NCBI RefSeq assembly: GCF_016888765.1
Contig: NZ_CP069423.1
Span: forward strand, 90,001 to 122,000
Reading direction: 5' to 3'
From: Candidatus Karelsulcia muelleri
Lineage (GTDB): Bacteria; Bacteroidota; Bacteroidia; Flavobacteriales; Blattabacteriaceae
Length of the DNA: 32,000 nucleotides
The position numbers were made by a program, and so were the translations under genes. The notes below the pieces were generated by a model. The model saw nothing but the letters and a program-made list of their open reading frames with translations. It was not told the DNA's origin and ran no database searches. This document shows, one piece after another, positions 30,308 to 32,000 of this stretch (its first letter is position 1; every line of letters begins with the position of its first letter).

Positions 30308-30666
30308 TGTTTCAAAACAACAAATTATATTTCTATTATAAATCTAATAATATTAATTATTCAAAAATTAAACTGATAAAATTACTTAATATTATTAAGT
30401 CGAAAAATATTGAATATATAATGAATTTATTGGGAAATTTTAAAACCAAAGGAGCCCTCATTTTAAAAGAGATAATTTTGAATGCTTCTAAGCATTTTAG
30501 TAGACAGATAGAATCCCAAACACAAAATGTATATATAAAAAATATTCTAATTAACAAAAGCATAAGTTTTAAAAAACTGAGGGCAGCGCCACAAGGCAGA
30601 GCCAATCAAATAAAAAAACAATTTTTTAAAATTATTTTGATACTTAAAAAATGGGACAAAAGGTAA
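30307..30666 (+). CDS. rplV: 50S ribosomal protein L22, divergent
   Basis: 119 aa; [52 protein letters not shown]; position between rpsS and rpsC. Confidence 0.9.
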   Translation: MFQNNKLYFYYKSNNINYSKIKLIKLLNIIKSKNIEYIMNLLGNFKTKGALILKEIILNASKHFSRQIESQTQNVYIKNILINKSISFKKLRAAPQGRANQIKKQFFKIILILKKWDKR

Positions 30667-31313
30667 ATCCGATAGCCAATAGGCTAGGAATCTCAACTTG
30701 CTGGAAATCAATATGGTATAGTGAAAAGTTTAATCAGCTGAAAGAAGATTTAGAAATACGAAAATATCTAAATATAAGATTAGCAAAATCTTCTTTATCA
30801 TATATATATATAGAACGAAAAAAGTATAAAATTTTTCTTACAATTTCCTCTTCAAGACCTGCAATAATCATTGGAAAAGGCGGCAGTGAAATAGAAAAAT
30901 TAAAAACAGAACTTAAGAAAATTACTAAGAAAAAAATAAATATTAATATACTAGAAGTAAAGATCCCAGAATTAGATGCTCTTTTAATTGCAAAAAACCT
31001 TGCCAATCAAATTGAAAATCGTCTCCCTTACAAAAAAGCTATAAAATTCGCTATTTATTCTGCCTTACGTCAAAAGGTAGAAGGGATCAAAATTAAAATT
31101 TCTGGTCGTTTAAATGGAACTGAAATGGCACGTACTGAATTTTATAAAGAAGGCAGAATTCCTTTTTCGACTTTTAGAGCTAACATAGATTATGCCACTT
31201 CTGAAGCTCAGACTCCTTATGGAAAAATAGGTATAAAAGTATGGATTATGAAAGGAGTAGTATATAATAAAAAAGACTTATATCTCTTAAGACCTAAACA
31301 GAACAAACTGTAA
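30651..31313 (+). CDS. rpsC: 30S ribosomal protein S3
   Basis: 220 aa; [83 protein letters not shown]. Confidence 0.98.
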   Translation: MGQKVNPIANRLGISTCWKSIWYSEKFNQLKEDLEIRKYLNIRLAKSSLSYIYIERKKYKIFLTISSSRPAIIIGKGGSEIEKLKTELKKITKKKININILEVKIPELDALLIAKNLANQIENRLPYKKAIKFAIYSALRQKVEGIKIKISGRLNGTEMARTEFYKEGRIPFSTFRANIDYATSEAQTPYGKIGIKVWIMKGVVYNKKDLYLLRPKQNKL

Positions 31314-31316
31314 GTC

Positions 31317-31721
31317 ATGTTAAAGCCAAAAAGAAATAAATTTGAGAAACTCCATAAAGGCAGAATAAAAGGATATGCTAAAAAAGGTACAAAACTTCAC
31401 TTTGGGATATTTGGACTGAAGACTTTAGATACAGCTTGGCTTTCAGATAGACAAATCGAAGCGGCTCGCATTGCGGCGACACGACATATGAAAAGACAAG
31501 GAAAATTATGGCTCAATATTTTTCCTAATAAGCCTATTACAAAAAAACCTCAAGAAGTTAGAATGGGAAAAGGAAAAGGGGCTATAGACCATTGGGTTTC
31601 TGTGGTAAAACCTGGGAGAATCTTAATAGAAATCGATGGAGTAAATTTGGAAATAGGAAAAGAAGCTTTAAGATTAGCTGCTAATAAATTACCAATAAGA
31701 ACAAAATTAATTTTAAAATGA
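31317..31721 (+). CDS. rplP: 50S ribosomal protein L16
   Basis: 134 aa; FGIFGLKTLDTAWLSDRQIEAARIAATRHMKRQGKLWLNIFPNKPITKKPQEVRMGKGKGAIDHWVSVVKPGRILIEIDG. Confidence 0.98.
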   Translation: MLKPKRNKFEKLHKGRIKGYAKKGTKLHFGIFGLKTLDTAWLSDRQIEAARIAATRHMKRQGKLWLNIFPNKPITKKPQEVRMGKGKGAIDHWVSVVKPGRILIEIDGVNLEIGKEALRLAANKLPIRTKLILK

Positions 31722-31960
31722 TGAGGAAAAAAAAAAGACTTGGTATAATATTAAGTGATAAAATGAATAAAACAAGAGTAGTAGGTGAAGTAGTAAAAAG
31801 GAAACATAAGATTTATAAAAAGAATATTTATTATACCAGAAAATATTTTGTTCACGATGAAAACAATCAATCAAATAAAGGGGATACAGTAGAAATAATT
31901 TTTACACGACCATTAAGTAAGAAGAAACGTTGGAATTTATTTCAAATAATAAAATGTTAA
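31718..31960 (+). CDS. rpsQ: 30S ribosomal protein S17
   Basis: 80 aa; RKKKRLGIILSDKMNKTRVVGEVVKRKHKIYKKNIYYTRKYFVHDENNQSNKGDTVEIIFTRPLSKKKRWNLFQII. Confidence 0.93.
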   Translation: MMRKKKRLGIILSDKMNKTRVVGEVVKRKHKIYKKNIYYTRKYFVHDENNQSNKGDTVEIIFTRPLSKKKRWNLFQIIKC

Positions 31961-31975
31961 TGTTAAGAATAAAAT

Positions 31976-32000
31976 ATGTTACAACAAGAATCATTTCTTA
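31976..32000 (+). CDS. rplN: 50S ribosomal protein L14, start only (cut by window edge)
   Basis: ATG TTA CAA CAA GAA TCA TTT CTT encodes MLQQESFL, the typical L14 N-terminus (MLQQES.L), in the expected slot after rpsQ. Confidence 0.8.

Noticed and set aside
29225-31006. Minus-strand ORFs (29225..29437, 30357..30605, 30734..31006) opposite ribosomal protein genes
   Set aside because: Antisense shadows, low complexity, no motifs; the + strand genes fully explain the sequence.

Overview
This 32 kb window is AT-rich (roughly 30% GC by eye), nearly all coding, and contains conserved single-copy housekeeping genes in Bacteroidetes/Flavobacteriales style. Likely source: a genome-reduced flavobacterial insect endosymbiont (Sulcia/Uzinura/Walczuchella/Blattabacterium-like); this is inference from gene content, gene order, Bacteroidetes-type proteins (DUF3127, type B L31, non-zinc L32, sigma factor without region 1.1) and shortened proteins. 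Gene order: leuC(partial)-leuD-leuB | rnpA | prfB-rpsU | obgE-lpd | tRNA-Leu(GAG) | smpB | DUF3127 | groL-groS | miaB | sufBCDS-infB | rpsT, tRNA-Glu, rpsP | tRNA-Gln, rpmF | pdhB-rpoD-pnp-rpsO | rpmE(type B) | tsaD | rpsL-rpsG-fusA-rpsJ-rplC-rplD-rplW-rplB-rpsS-rplV-rpsC-rplP-rpsQ-rplN(partial). I found no mobile element, CRISPR array, defence locus, biosynthetic cluster or other evident new system. The points worth a second look are reductive oddities: an RF2 without most of domain 1, an S15 shortened at both ends next to an 8-bp tandem repeat, a tRNA-Leu without the long variable arm, a GC-richer structured intergenic segment beside it, altered GTPase motifs in ObgE, and missing leuA and rpmC at positions where they might be expected.
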